NCBI GenBank assembly: GCA_964016885.1 | Contig: OZ024742.1 | Coordinates: forward strand, 115,320,001 to 115,384,000 | Length of the DNA: 64,000 bases | Source of the DNA: Eledone cirrhosa | Taxonomy: Eukaryota | Direction: 5' to 3' | Shown here: in pieces, positions 30,459 through 45,334 of the stretch | Layout of the letters: every line of letters begins with the position of its first letter | Position numbering within the stretch: the first letter of the stretch is position 1 | Position numbers and translations under genes: made by a program | The notes under the pieces: model-generated | What the model was told of the DNA's origin: nothing | Databases searched by the model: none | What the model saw: only the letters and a program-made list of their open reading frames with translations

Positions 30459-31727
30459 TAAAAAAATGAAGGAATTGATAAGATAAGAACTGAATACATT
30501 CGGAGAGTAAGGAGCGTATTAAAGTCGCATCTGAACAGTAGGAATGCCATAAGTGCAGTAAATTCCCGAGCTGTGTCTATTATTAGGTACAGTGCGGGAA
30601 TTCTGAGATGGAATGTTGCTGAACAAAAAGCAATTGATAGGAAGACTAGGAAGCTATTGACTATCTACAACATCTTCCACAAGAGGAGTGTAGTCGATAG
30701 ACTCTACTTAAGGAGATCTGAAGGTGGAAGAGGTCTTATTAGCATAGAGGACGGTGTTCAGATGGAGAAAAACAACCTACACAAATACGTGACTGATGGT
30801 AGTGAGCCAATACTCAGAACTGTACTGAAGGAGGGGACAATAGACCAGGGGATGTCCAAGGAGGAAATAACAACAAGGACAAAAGAGAAACATTCATGAA
30901 ATATCCCTTCATAGTGCCTTCTTTGAGAAAACCCGAATTTAGAGATCCACAGACATGGAAGTGGTTGAAAAGAGGAGACCTTAAAAATTCTACAGAAGGA
31001 ATGCTAATGGCTGCGCAAGAGCAGGCCCTCAAAGCGAAGTGGCTGAAACACCATATTTACAAGGAGGAGGCAAACCCACTGTGTAGGATGTGTGGAGAGA
31101 GAGAGAAGACGGTTACTCCCATTGTATCCGAGTGTAAACACCTAGCCCAGACTCACTATAAAGGCTGGAGACATTATATGATGGACAGGGTGATCCACTG
31201 GCACCTATGCACAGTAAACAATTTACCGTATTCTGAGAAGTGGTATGATCTTATGCCAGAGTCGGTGTATAGAAAATAATCAGGTGTTATTGCTCTGGGA
31301 TTTTAGGATACAGACGGGCAAGACATTAGAACACAATAGGCCTGACCTGCTGGTTTTGGGCAAGGAAAAAGATCGTGCCTGATTGTAGATGTAGCCTGCC
31401 CATTTGACACGAACGGGCAAGAAAAGGTGAGGGAGAAAATTAACCGATACCAGGATTTCAAGTGGGAGTTAAAAAGAATTTGGAACTGCCATGAAATCAT
31501 GGTCGTTTCGATTGTCGTAGGCGCATTAGGTACTATCTTAGTTTCCAAGGATGGTTAGAGAAGATTAGTCCAGCCACGCTTTTTGGAACACTTCAAAAGG
31601 CATGCTTGCTGGGAACAGCAAGAACCCTCCGATACGTCCTGAATATATGAGGCTGTAGTTAGCGGCTTGATATTCATTTCAACAAACGTTCCAGGTAAAT
31701 AACCTCAATGACTGAGATTGAAAGAAC
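30459..31727 (+). mobile_element. R4/Dong family A, 5'-truncated copy 2 (more decayed)
   Basis: Colinear with 24125-25388 (IRYSAGILRW, CRMCGEREKT, LRYVLNI*); starts after a short (AAT)n inside family B. Confidence 0.92.
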
Positions 31728-31744
31728 AATAATAATGATAATAA

Positions 31745-33630
31745 TTTATTTATTATCCACAAGGGTTGACATAAAGTAAAATATGAAGGACTGCACAAGA
31801 CGGTACAGGACAGTGCGAATGGGCCTTTCTGCGGGTAGAAAATAACATCAAATTTACATATATAAAACAAAAGCAAAGGATGTAACAAAAATGAATACAA
31901 ATGAAAATGTTTCCAATAGTGGGGAGACTTCTGAGTGTCACTCGGGGAGAATACAGAGATCAGGTCTATTCACACGGGCCATGCTCGCCTCTCTCACCCT
32001 TCTTTCAACATATTACTGGGAAGGGAGCACTTCCCTCACCACCCTGATTTTACTTTTCAAATGGAATGTGTAAAAGTTAATCAGGGCCTCGCCGAAGATG
32101 TAAGTGCTCGTCTTCAGCCCGTTCAAAAGTGTCCACCACATGACGTATTTTGCCATGGGCACCACCCAGTTAAACACTTCCTGCCCTTCCGAGCGAAATG
32201 AAGGCGGCGGGGTATATTCACGATAGACTCATCTGATAGCCGGATATGTCTTACAGGTGAGAGCAGGTGATATACATAAACCGACAAGTCAGCAATGCTC
32301 GGACACTGGATGAGCTCATGCTGGACGGTTGCCTCGCCTTTCCAGCATCGCAGACAGGTACGGGTCACGGCACTTCCATGCCTGTAGAGTGTTTCCAGAA
32401 CTGGTAAAACTCCCCAGTTACACTAACAAGACAGCGATTTCTGGTGTTTACCCATGGGCCCCGGCACGAACATTCCCTCGAGGGATGTGATCGCCTAAAG
32501 TCATTCCATTCTCCAAGCGCTCCCTCTTGGTCGTCACTTGACCATGACTTTTCATGGATAGCTTCCTCTCGGCCCATTTCTGGGTGAGAGAGGCCACCCT
32601 ACTCACCACCCCACCACAGTTTTTGTCCGTCTGGAGGTACGGACCCTACCAGTCACCTAACAATTTAAATAGTGCGTCTGTCCAGCACACGCTGTTGGAC
32701 GGTATGGTCCTGCCTCTCCATGTGCCGAATCGCAGGCCCACCGACTTTCACTGGTGAATCATTGCTCCTGCCACCGCCTCGTATTCTCTTAGAGTAGTGT
32801 CGATTGTCTCTATGTGTTTGCCTCTCGACGCCACACCGGTGCCGTCGTAGGCATATGATAAGGCGGTTCTCCCGCATCCTAGTACGTGCGGGACGCCCCT
32901 GAACGTCTCCTGTTGTGCAGTAATGGATTGAGAGTCAATACGTACAACAGGGGCGAGAGGGGACATCCTTGGAGGACCGAACTCATGATGTTGAACAGTT
33001 CCAAAAGGTGAACATTCGCTCTCACCACAGAGCTGATATCGCTGTGCATGGCAGCAATCAAGCCTCTGAAGATGGACCCAAAGCCGACCGTCCTCTGGGC
33101 CGCTGCCAGATAAGGATAGTCGAACCTACCGAAAACTTTCGACTGAGCTAAATTGAACATCCGTGCAGGTTCCCTAGCTACCCTCTCGACGATGTATAGC
33201 ATGAAGTGGAGGTTGCTCTTGATGGATCTGTCTGAAATGGCCCATGTCTACGCCCCCCTGTCAGACCACCGATGACAAGCACCTACCTTTTTGCTAGCAG
33301 TTTCACCAAAATCTTTAAATCTGTCTTTATAAGTGTTATGTGCCGGAAATTATTTATGTTATCCCTCTGTTTCGGTATTTTCACAGCCATGCCACCTCTC
33401 CTCGGCTCACATAGCTGGGAATTATCGTGTTCTATTGCCAGTCGTTTTAGACGTCCGCCAAGAGGTTGCTGGACAAGTCTGGCATGTGTCTGTAATGCTC
33501 GTACGGCAGCCGAATCAGGCGATTTGCCCATCGTACAGTCAGTGATTGCCTCCCGTATTTCAGCGGCTGTTATCGGCTTTTCGCAACACTTCGCACCAGT
33601 GTCCGAGAGCTGCGGCTGGTCACCGAAGGG
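31745..33630 (-). mobile_element. Decayed L1/Tx1-like LINE, RT + C-terminal zinc knuckle + 3' UTR
   Basis: PQLS..CEKPIT..E..GKSPD; RHITLIKTDLKILVK; QSKVFGR; QGCPLSPLLY; AYAYD; CLRC..EATVQHELIQC; AATAAA-rich end at ~31750. Confidence 0.8.
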
Positions 33631-33699
33631 ATGATTTTCTGAAAGTTATTATAATAATACTGACTTCTTATTTTGGCACAATGACATCAATTATACCAG

Positions 33700-34260
33700 T
33701 GCATTTAAAACCGTTTGAAAATGGGGACGGATCCCACTATTCCTATATATTGTCGTAATGAAAAATATATCTATATATGATCTAGATATATCTATGTGGA
33801 CGGTTCATGTCCACACTGGCGTATTAAAGAAATATTGTCGATACCTCTGAGACAGTTGGAACTGACTAATCAGGTTATTGAGGGTTTTACTCCCCGTGCT
33901 CCTGTCACTTACTTCAACAAATCCCTAATTGTTTGACATAATCGCTCATGTAAGAAATACTCCGACCCTCGATCAGTGCGTGCAGTAGGATTTCATAACC
34001 CTGTCCACATCTCGGACATGCCTGTCGAACTGTCAAATCTCCTCAGTAGCACTGCCAGGCCATACATCTCTAGAAATGTTTCATGTTTCCTGGAATGAAT
34101 GTTCTTTTGAAAAGAGCGGCTAGTTAATCTTCGTCGGCTAATAGATTATCCCCGAGAACATCGTCGTTTTTACCCGCTAATAAATTTCTATAGAAATGCA
34201 ATGAACAGATTCCACCGATCGCGCTGTCCGATTGAATGAGGGCTGTGGGCGCTAAGAGGC
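33700..34260 (-). mobile_element. Second, older L1/Tx1-like 3' fragment
   Basis: TFIPGNMKHF..MAWQCY and ACPRCGQGYEILLHALI parallel 32300-32560 (FVPGPMGKHQKSL, CLRC..TVQH). Confidence 0.6.
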
Positions 34261-35364
34261 AATCCGTTATTCATTATAAAGTACATTATCATTATACTTA
34301 TTATCAGGAAGATAATGATTGTTATTAGTTATCATAATGTTCATCATCATTATCACCTTCATTTCAATCGGTAATGCAATCATAACCATCTTCCTCTGCT
34401 TCGCCACCATATCTATTATTAGCAGCGCAGCATTACCACTAAGCCCAACACTAACTTCAGCACCAATAAATCATCAAGAGTATTATCGTTTTCTATTTTA
34501 CTACCTCCACAACCACCAACGCCACCTCAGCTACTACCATGTTTCTGATCATTATCACGTCCACCATCTCCGTCTGCCTCACCATCATCTCACTATCATC
34601 ATCACCATGAATAATAGCAACAACAACTACAATTATCACTATTATTATCCCCCCCCCCCTACAACCTCATGGCCACTAAGAGCACTATCATCACTGTCAT
34701 CAATACCACATCTTCAAAAGCTCAGCACATATTATCTTCCCTTAGTGCACCAGCATGAGTTTTTCATGTGATTTCAAGGAAAACTGATTTCAGAGGAAAT
34801 TCCTTTGTTTAAGATTAAAACTTGATTATAACTTTGATATAAACAAGACTTCTTAGAGCCATAAGATATTTATTCCCAGAACTAAAGAAATTATTTTCTG
34901 AAACTATTATTACTACAGATATTTTTAACGTTATATATGTTTTTTTTTTTTTTTTTCTGGTGCTGTATCTTAACATTTTTGGAAAACAAAATAAAATAAA
35001 AGCAACAACTTTATCAGAATAACAATATGAGCATCTATAATCATAGAGATAGTCTATTTAACGTAGCACTATGATAACCTTTTGTAAAGGAGCGAAGGTC
35101 CGTTGAAATAATTTGATTCCATATATATGTATAACACACTTGCTTTATAAAACCGAAGTGAAATGTACGATAAAATTATCTGTGATGAGATTTGAAATGT
35201 GAACAGGGGTTTACTTATTAAAAATAATATTAATGATCTGGTATAAGGTATCAAGTGCATTTTAGGTAATATAAAATTTCCGTTAATATATAGATTATTT
35301 GGTAAATATCACTATATATATATATATATTAAGTGGACTGCATTTAACTATTATTTGTTAATCC

Positions 35365-35463
<99 letters not shown>

Positions 35464-35917
35464 TAGCAGTAATAACTTGATTGAGATATCCAAGGCGTCC
35501 ATTGACACCCAGCCGTGGGGTGAGGTTTAATATCAGCTTTAAGGTCAGTACTACAACGAAGACAACAGAATAATGGGAAAAGGTGTTTCGAAGACTGGAC
35601 CAAATGTTGGATTTGGCCTATAGAGCATGTAACTATGTATTCATTCATTCTAAATGCATGGATTAGCCACCCAATATTTTATTTTTAATTTTCTTAATTA
35701 TTTCCATCCTTCCTTATATATTTACCGTCCCACCCCATTTTGGTCACTCTCCCACATCCCTCATTTACATAAATTAATTGCGGAACCCATTTCCCCAGCA
35801 CAGGCTGAAAAGTTGGTCCGCCCAAGAAAACACGTATTCCGCTCATTATGTTATGTCTTTCTCGTATTACTGGTCTTAGTGATAATATGATAATATATAT
35901 ATAGATATATATACCAA

Positions 35918-35998
<81 letters not shown>

Positions 35999-35999
35999 T

Positions 36000-36680
36000 G
36001 TTATACACTTGGGGGGGGGGGGGGGGTTATGCTGCCGATAAAAACACACGCACTTTCACATCAATTTATTATAAATTTCCGGTTGGTTGGTTGGTTGCTT
36101 CGTTCGATAACCAGATGGTTGTTTATATATTGTCAAAGCTCTTTAATCACACATTCTGTTTGTTCTATCTGTGTGTGTTTGATTAGTTTAGTTAATTTGT
36201 TTTTTGCGTGTCTATATATCTTCATTTTATCCTGAATTACTAGTTGTGTTGTTGCTATTCCACTCATGTTTTCTGTTTAATTTTGGTTGGAGTTCGTTTA
36301 TATTTGTTGCATCTGTGATTTGTCTGAGCATTGCAACTTTTCCGTGTGCAGATATAATGTTCATCTCCATGTTCTCTAATGTGCCTCTATGTTCTAATTT
36401 CACATGTTGGTGGAGTACTGATGAGTTATTCCCATCATGGATATCTCCGCAGTGTTCACCTATCGTATGTCTTATGGTGTTTCACCTATCGTATGTCTTA
36501 TGGTGTTTCACCTATGTATGTTATTCCTACATATGCTTTATACTACGTTCTTAGTTTTTCAGTCAGTTAGTTTGCGTGTATCTTGTAGACTATGCATCTA
36601 CTATCAGGGCACGGGGTTCTTTGAAATGGGTATTTGTTTTTACTAATTAGGGATGTTATGGGAATACCTGGTCTTTCAAC
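36000..36680 (-). mobile_element. PLE GIY-YIG 3' fragment (family of 8685-9885 and 40118-41880)
   Basis: Reverse complement matches 9180-9880 (KTKNVV, YIGET, STPPT, QITDA..INELQPKLNRKHEW); contains a 26-bp tandem duplication at 36455-36515. Confidence 0.8.
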
Positions 36681-38014
36681 AGCATCAGCCGTCGAAACAT
36701 TACTAAATAAAGGCAAGAAAGGAAGTAGAGATAATATTTATGTGAGAATGTTTTTTTTTTAACAAGTAAATGTTTAAGCCAGATATTTGTCCATAATTTA
36801 TGGTAAAGTTTTCAAAATAATTGTTGTTTCAATTTTATTTCTACTTTTTCTTTATCTCTTTCTTATAGTTGCTATTAGGAGTAAAAGGAATCATCACATC
36901 TGGAGATCTACGTATCTTACGAATGGCAAACGACCTTCACATATAGATAATTACTTAACACGTGCGTAAATCCTTTACATATAAAACTAAATCCATTGTA
37001 CAGAGACATGCACAGGAGACAGAGAGCACTATTGTAAAATAATAACAAAGGTTGACATCAAATTGAATTATGGCTAATAGTGGAACTATAATTGATGGAT
37101 GAATATGAAAACAGTTGTTTCGGTTATGTATATATGTGTATGTTATTTTCAGTCCACTCGATCCCGTTCATTCTATTTCCACTTTTTCAAATATCATAGA
37201 ATACCAATCATCACCAAAGCATTCAAACAATCATAGGTAATAGGATGACACATTCAATCCAAAATTGCAATGCATCGTCTATTCTCTTGAATCAAACACG
37301 ACAGTGAATAAAACTTTACACATATTAATCACTGTCTGTTAATGCAGTTAATAAGGCCTCATCCTCTTACTCGCATGGTACGTATTTTAAGTCAAGAAAA
37401 TCTAACTACAAATCTTTAACAACAAAACAATTTGGAAACTAGATTCTATAGTATATGAAATATGTAATGTCTCGAATACTTCCAATGATTTTAAATCTGA
37501 GACATTGATATGGAAATGTAAATTTATAGTCCGCAAATATATTCGGGATCCTATTATTGTTCATCCGTAGTTATATAATATTTTGATTGTTATTTTAGTG
37601 ATACTATTACAACTGGTTGTCTATGTAAAAGCAAATTGTATAAATTGAAAAAGAAGTTCATATAAGATAGACCTAACAGGAACTATGATTTGGTAATATA
37701 TACGCATTAGTAGCTAAACAGATTAATTGTTGCAGTTCTTTCAAATAACACATCAGATAGATGTATGAAATCATGCATGGATCTTGTATATCGATTATGT
37801 TGTCTGGCACACCTTGTCAATATTTACGGGCGTAGAGAAAGAATAAAAGAAACCGGGTTAATTGAATGAAGTGCCGGATGAGGTGAATGTGCAGATTATA
37901 AAGATGACTAGGATGATTACATTCAGTGTAATTAACAGTGCATTCCAAGTCATTCAGTTGTTACGATTACTAACATATACTTAGATAGGTAAGCACACAC
38001 ACACACAAATATAT

Positions 38015-38072
<58 letters not shown>

Positions 38073-38486
38073 ATATTTGCCACCGAAGCCAAAAAACGAA
38101 GCAAGCTAAACAGGACAAACGAAAGAATTTACCTGGACACCCTGGAATTGATGGTATAATCCAGTGAAAGGTTTCTGCGACACCTAAATCAAGTATACTG
38201 CCTGCTTCCATATTAAGCTTTTGGTATAATGACCGAACAAGGCTGCCACTTGATCAACGGGTATCTTGTTCTAGACCAGCGAGCGGGTTCCTAGCAGTTG
38301 CATTGTTTCAGTGATTACCCTACATGTATTACCCTGCAGGGAGGTAACCCCAGTTTTTGGCGCATGAATTCAGAAAGTGTAAAATTACTGCAAGAATTGC
38401 AAAAACTGCACAAATCGAATTAAGCACTCGACTCGGTTGTTTTTAAAATAAACTTAAGCAATTAATCAGTCATTAATGCAAATATA

Positions 38487-38667
38487 ATTTCAGCGAGATC
38501 GAATTTTGGCAGTGGTCAAAAACAAAGCGAAACGCAATTTTCTAGATATGCGTTAAGCGCTCAATGGACTAGAAGTCTTTAATCCATTGTGCGCTTGCAG
38601 CATATCTCGAAAATTGCGTTTCGCTATGTTTTTGACCATTGCCGAAATTCGATAACGCTGAAAATTT
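38487..38667. repeat. Imperfect inverted repeat, MITE-like (~85-bp arms)
   Basis: cagcg..cgaattttggcagtggtcaaaaacaaagcgaaacgcaatttt..aatgga pairs with tccatt..aaaattgcgtttcgctatgtttttgaccattgccgaaattcg..cgctg. Confidence 0.7.
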
Positions 38668-38699
38668 ATTTATATATATATATATATCAATGTTATTAA

Positions 38700-39865
38700 T
38701 AAAATGGAAACTATATATCATGGTTATACGGAACAGGAAGAGTAACCGTAAGAACGCGCATGCGCAGGAACGGTCACTTCAACCAAGTGATACAAAACCA
38801 CGGGCAAAATGTGTGATAGAGTTAACTGCGAAAGTCCGGAATAAAACGTTCGAGCTGATTAGAAAATTAGAAGTGTGTTATTATTCAATCCGGAGTTTGT
38901 AGTTATGCAAGAGGTGTTTACAGGCATGTGGTCAACGTAAGAATATTTCATTTCTTGAATTCAGGCAAAAGCTATTGCGTAATCTCCTTAGAATATTGAT
39001 CCTTTCTTCAATACACAGTCCACAAGACGGGTTGCTCCTTGCGAGTGGCTTTGACTTAGTGATGGCTTTCCATGGAATGGAGTAGTCTATACCTGAGTCT
39101 TTGAGGGACGATACGTGGCTCACGAGTGTCGTGAATAATCGTTTGTCCGGGTACCTAAAGGTGGACTGATAGTTCAGGAAGCGTTCTTTAAATGACCCTC
39201 CACCATACCCACATGGGATTTGATCTTCTGTGGTTGATTTGGTCGGTTGGAAGTGACCACAGCTTCATAAAATACACCGGGTGTGTTGTATTACTGTGGA
39301 CGGTGACAAGCTGCAGGCTTTCAGCAAAAGCATCCTGGTGGGATGCCGCTCTTAGGAATGTTGGTCATGTGGTCCTTCATATTCTTAGCGCAGGAGTACC
39401 GTCGTTTTAATATGCGTCTGTTAATGATGGAGCGGTATTTGTGACCTATGGGAAAGTGTCTATCTAAGAGGGATAAAAACGTTTTCCTTACATTAGTTCC
39501 AACGTTGAGTGAGAAGGGGGGAGAGAAGCAGATAGTTTGTCTTTTGTTACGATTTATTTTCTTATTGATGTTGTTGGTAGTGGGTGAGTAAATAATTGGT
39601 GTCAAAAAGTCAGTTAGCTAACGCCACTCTGTCAAACATAACCTTAATATAAGAGAGGTTAGAGATTCTAATACTGATTTAATTTACGAAGTTTCTAAAC
39701 AACAGTAGGAGGGTGGTATGAGTCGTTGTGTATGAAATAAAGTTTTTCGTTTAGCTTATGGAAGGAGCTGAAGGCATGTGGGCGAAGGTCTAAAGTAATG
39801 TCTGAGAAATCTACGCTAGATAGGTTGCCAGCTACCGTTATCCTTTAGTCCTACCTCATTACAAG
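38700..39865 (-). mobile_element. Naiad-like PLE 3' half; same family as 2820-5683
   Basis: FSPPFSLNVGTNV..RHFPIGHKYRSI; SLKDSGIDYSIPWKAITKSKP..CGLCIEER; pLTR motif gcgcatgcgc in reverse at ~38750. Confidence 0.88.
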
Positions 39866-39872
39866 TACGAAT

Positions 39873-39922
<50 letters not shown>

Positions 39923-40022
39923 AATATATATATATTTGGTCTACGGTTCTTATATATTTGATATATATTTATCCTTATCGCGCCCTTTGGGGATTTTAGT
40001 CTTCAAATTTATTATTATTACT

Positions 40023-40095
<73 letters not shown>

Positions 40096-40117
40096 TAATG
40101 GTATATATATATATATA

Positions 40118-41880
40118 TTGTTATACTTGGGGAGGGTCATATTTGCGTAATATTGCCAGAATTAATAACAGAACACACTCACTGTTTGGTTGGTTTTCGC
40201 TTCTCGCTGTCTTTTATATCTGCGATCTAACTTACTCGGTCCTCAATGTTGCCATTGACTGACCGGCGGTCAAGAATAATACAGATACAATATAGACACA
40301 AACACATATATATATATATAGTTTACATAATTTACATAAATCTTTCGTTGCACATCTGCAACATCGTCAGTGGTGTTATATTCATTGTTCCTCCTGTTGT
40401 GTTGTATGTCTACGCCATTTTTTATTCAGTCTGTCTATATATTTATTTATTTATTTGCTTGTTTGTTTATCTTATTTTATTTTGTCTTCTTTGCGCATGC
40501 GTTTGCGTGTGTGTATAGTGTTATGTGTGATGTGTGACTAGTGTGTATAGTGTTGTGTCTGCTGGGTGACTAGTGTGTGTTTATGTGCTTGTTGTTATTG
40601 TGCTTGTTTATGTATTTATTTATCTTATTTTATTTAATTTAATTTAATTTTATTTACTTATTTATACTTCTCTTAGGTCAGTGTTGTTTGTTTGGGTGTT
40701 GTTGTTCCATTCATTCTTTCTGTTTAGCTTTGGTCTTCTAATTTCTATTTCACTGGCCTCTCTGATTTGCCTATCTGCTGGGTCATTCCTATGTTTAGAT
40801 ATTATTCTAATTTCTATGTTGTCTATGTTACCGTCATGTTGTTGTCTAGCATGTTCGTATAGTACTGACCCGTTTTTTCGTCCTTTTAGTTCCCCCCAGT
40901 GTTGGTCTAACCTTTCACCTATGCTACGAGCTGTCTCACCTATGTATGTTGTTGTCATGTTTCTGCAAGTACCCTCTGTACATCTTATGCTATAGACTAC
41001 GTTTCTAGTTTTACAGTTTATTCGTGGGTTCACCTTACATATGATACACTTCCTATTGGTAAAGTGGGTTTTCTTAAAGGGGTAGGTTTTGCTGATCAGG
41101 GATTTTATGGTGGTTCCTGGCTTTTCTACCACCTTTATTTTTAAGTGGGTCTTTCTCAGGGCCTTTCTACACTGGTTAGCTAATTTCCCTCCAGGGGTGG
41201 CGTCCACAAACATGACACTCTGATATCTCTGGTTGTCGTACCATGATGTGGCCTTCCCTATCTTATGTCTAGCCCTATCTAAACTATTCCATGATTTGCT
41301 CCTGTATAGTGGGCAAATTCCTTTCATGTCCAGTTCTATGAGGGTCTTATACTTTTCCATGGCTCCTTCGTATACTCTGACTCTGTCTCTTTGTTTGTAG
41401 CCAGAGAACTGCATGCGGTTGATGAAGTGTTGGATGTGTCCTTCCATTTGTGTTGGGTCGCACATGCTGGACACATTCTTCATCACTCGTACCAAATCTG
41501 CGATCATAATATTAAACTTAGCACTACTGGACATTGCTGAGTTTTTGAGTATCAGGTATTTGGAGGCCATGGGTTTAGCATAGTGTGAGTGGAGAATTTG
41601 GGCTCTCTCGTCTATAGTGTTAATCCAGAGTTCTGTGTCTAATACAGGTAGTCTATTGTTAGGGTGTTTGGAAGGGAAGTCTATAGTTAGAGTTATACTC
41701 TGGTGTATGGAATTAGCTATCTGCTGGATGCTTTCCATCGTGCTACGTTCTAAATCAAACTTGTTAGTGTTCTCTAGTGGGGGTGTTCTTATAACTATAT
41801 TGATATCGTCTACATAACGAGAGTACATGATGAGGTCTATGGAGCTTTCATTAAGGAGATCTTTAAGTCTCCTTTCCCAC
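40118..41880 (-). mobile_element. 5'-truncated PLE with an open RT C-terminus + GIY-YIG ORF
   Basis: Contains ORF 40662-41828 and is flanked by (TA)n. Confidence 0.9.
40662..41828 (-). CDS. PLE reverse transcriptase C-terminal half + GIY-YIG endonuclease (388 aa, N-terminally truncated)
   Basis: YSRYVDDI; LPVLD; CIIC..CKTRNVVYSIRC..C..YIGETARSIGERLDQH; RQIREASEI..PKLNRKNEW. Confidence 0.85.
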   Translation of the reverse strand: MYSRYVDDINIVIRTPPLENTNKFDLERSTMESIQQIANSIHQSITLTIDFPSKHPNNRLPVLDTELWINTIDERAQILHSHYAKPMASKYLILKNSAMSSSAKFNIMIADLVRVMKNVSSMCDPTQMEGHIQHFINRMQFSGYKQRDRVRVYEGAMEKYKTLIELDMKGICPLYRSKSWNSLDRARHKIGKATSWYDNQRYQSVMFVDATPGGKLANQCRKALRKTHLKIKVVEKPGTTIKSLISKTYPFKKTHFTNRKCIICKVNPRINCKTRNVVYSIRCTEGTCRNMTTTYIGETARSIGERLDQHWGELKGRKNGSVLYEHARQQHDGNIDNIEIRIISKHRNDPADRQIREASEIEIRRPKLNRKNEWNNNTQTNNTDLREV

Positions 41881-41889
41881 TATATATGC

Positions 41890-41931
<42 letters not shown>

Positions 41932-41956
41932 ATATATATATATATATATATCATTA

Positions 41957-42031
41957 TACGGGGTCGATAAAAGAAAGTACCAGTAATGTATTGGGTAATT
42001 GCTGGCCTTGTGCCTAAAGTAGAAACAATTA
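41957..42031 (+). mobile_element. 3' fragment of the SINE, inverted relative to 42205-42392
   Basis: Reverse complement of 42205-42280. Confidence 0.8.
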
Positions 42032-42204
42032 TATATGTGTATATATATATACATACATATATATATATATACATACATATATATACATATATACATGCAT
42101 ATATATATATACATACATATATATATATACATATATACATGCATATATATACATACATATATATATATACATATATACATATATATATTGATATACATAC
42201 ATAG

Positions 42205-42392
42205 ATAATTGTTTCTACTTTAGGCACAAGGCCAGCAATTACCCAGTGCATTACTGGTACTTTATTTTATCGACCCCGTAAGGATGAAAGGCAAAGTCAA
42301 CCTCGGCGGGATTTGAACTCAGATCGTAAAGGGACGTAACTATGCTGGAAAGCATGGCGTCGGACCCTCTACCGATACTGCCAATCCACCCA
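42205..42392 (-). mobile_element. tRNA-derived SINE (Octopus-type)
   Basis: On the minus strand: A-box-like TGGCAGTATCGG, B-box GAGTTCAAATCCC, central gcctttcatccttacggggtcgataaaataaagtaccag, tail ggccttgtgcctaaagtagaaac. Confidence 0.85.
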
Positions 42393-42395
42393 TAC

Positions 42396-43787
<1,392 letters not shown>

Positions 43788-43797
43788 ATTATATATG

Positions 43798-43870
<73 letters not shown>

Positions 43871-43871
43871 A

Positions 43872-45334
43872 TACGAATAAGTAAAATCGAAGTAGTTTCA
43901 GATGTTCAATCCTTTAATAATAATGGTGTGATATATATTTCAATGACGACACTGGGCACACTGTTCTGTGTGCGAGTGTCGTGATATTATCAGACATTTT
44001 GTTACATAATAAGGTTATGTTTTCGAGGCAATCCATGTTGAATCGACATGGGAACGGACGAAGTGTGTGCTATTGGGTTCTTCATCCGTTCCCCTGTGAG
44101 TACCAATTCACCCTCACCGGTCCGCGCAGGCGATTGTCCGAAGGGAGTTGACCATTAGCTACCGCAGATTTCAACGGAATGTTTTAGTCAGTTCACCCTC
44201 TCAGCCAAACAATGACCCATTTAGGCCTGTACCATAGTTTACTGCTACCCGTCCCGTCTGTGGCAGTCAACCGAAAGCCAGAGAGGATGGGAGAGTGTTA
44301 GTTTTTACAGGTCACAATACTACCTGTCACCAAGCATGGCTAGTACGACTGACCATCAACACCCAAGAGAAAATATACTTAATTCTAGGTATCATGGTTT
44401 TACATTAGAAGTTATGAGTTAGAGTTGGAAATAAAAATTAAAATCCTAAATCAAAAGTTATAAATTAGACAAATAAAAAATTAACAATTAGAAATTAAAA
44501 CATGTTTCAAGTGAGACTGAGGATTGAGGTGAGTAAAAAAACATATAGATTGAAGTGAGTAAATAATAAGGAGAGAGATGTTTAAGTAAGAAGTTCTGAT
44601 AGGGGTTCCAATGTCACAGTTACACTATCCACATATTGAACGATAGTGCCGTACATTAGAACGGAGGTAAACTACAGTATTCAAGGCAGTAGTCAATCTG
44701 GTACACAGTCATAATTTCCATCACATGGAACAAAACCAAATAAAAACAGATATAAAGTACACAAAAGGAAAGAACCAATAATGAATAAATGCAAAAACAC
44801 AGAGTGTAAATGCAAAATGATCCATATGATTGTCAATTTGGCAATGTATAGTTTGAATTGAGGGGGCTTCTGTTCAAAAGCGATTTGGTGCAGGAAAATA
44901 TAGGTTTATCTTAGTTTTCGTTTCCGCGTCTTTATCCTGCCGAAAGTTACTATTATGTCCGTCCAGTGTCAGGGGTTTCCATCCCCCATGGTAGAGGGAA
45001 TTTCCAAGGGTAGCTTATGGCTGGTTCCTCTCTTCTCCACCATATCGGTTACATCATAGAGCGCTCAACTAATTGGAGCTAAATTCTTAGGGTAAACATT
45101 GATGCAATTCAATTCAAGCACTCAACGTATTTTTTCCACATAGGAGTGACGGAATAAATATCGAATAAGTAAAAGCGAAGCAGTTTCAGATGTTCAAGTT
45201 CTTTAATAATAATTCTGTGATATATATTTCAATGACGACACTGGCCACACTCTTCTGTGTGCGAGTGTCGTGACATCATCAGACAGCTTGTTACATAATA
45301 AGGTTATGTTTCCGAGGCAATCCAAGTTGAATCG

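Noticed and set aside
34319-34771. 150-aa ORF
   Set aside because: Low-complexity degenerate (CAT/CAC/TAT)n sequence
38152-38185. Possible short minus-strand host exon (tttag|GTG...CAG|gtaaat, extending to ~38135)
   Set aside because: Only splice-like dinucleotides; no recognisable protein or partner exons
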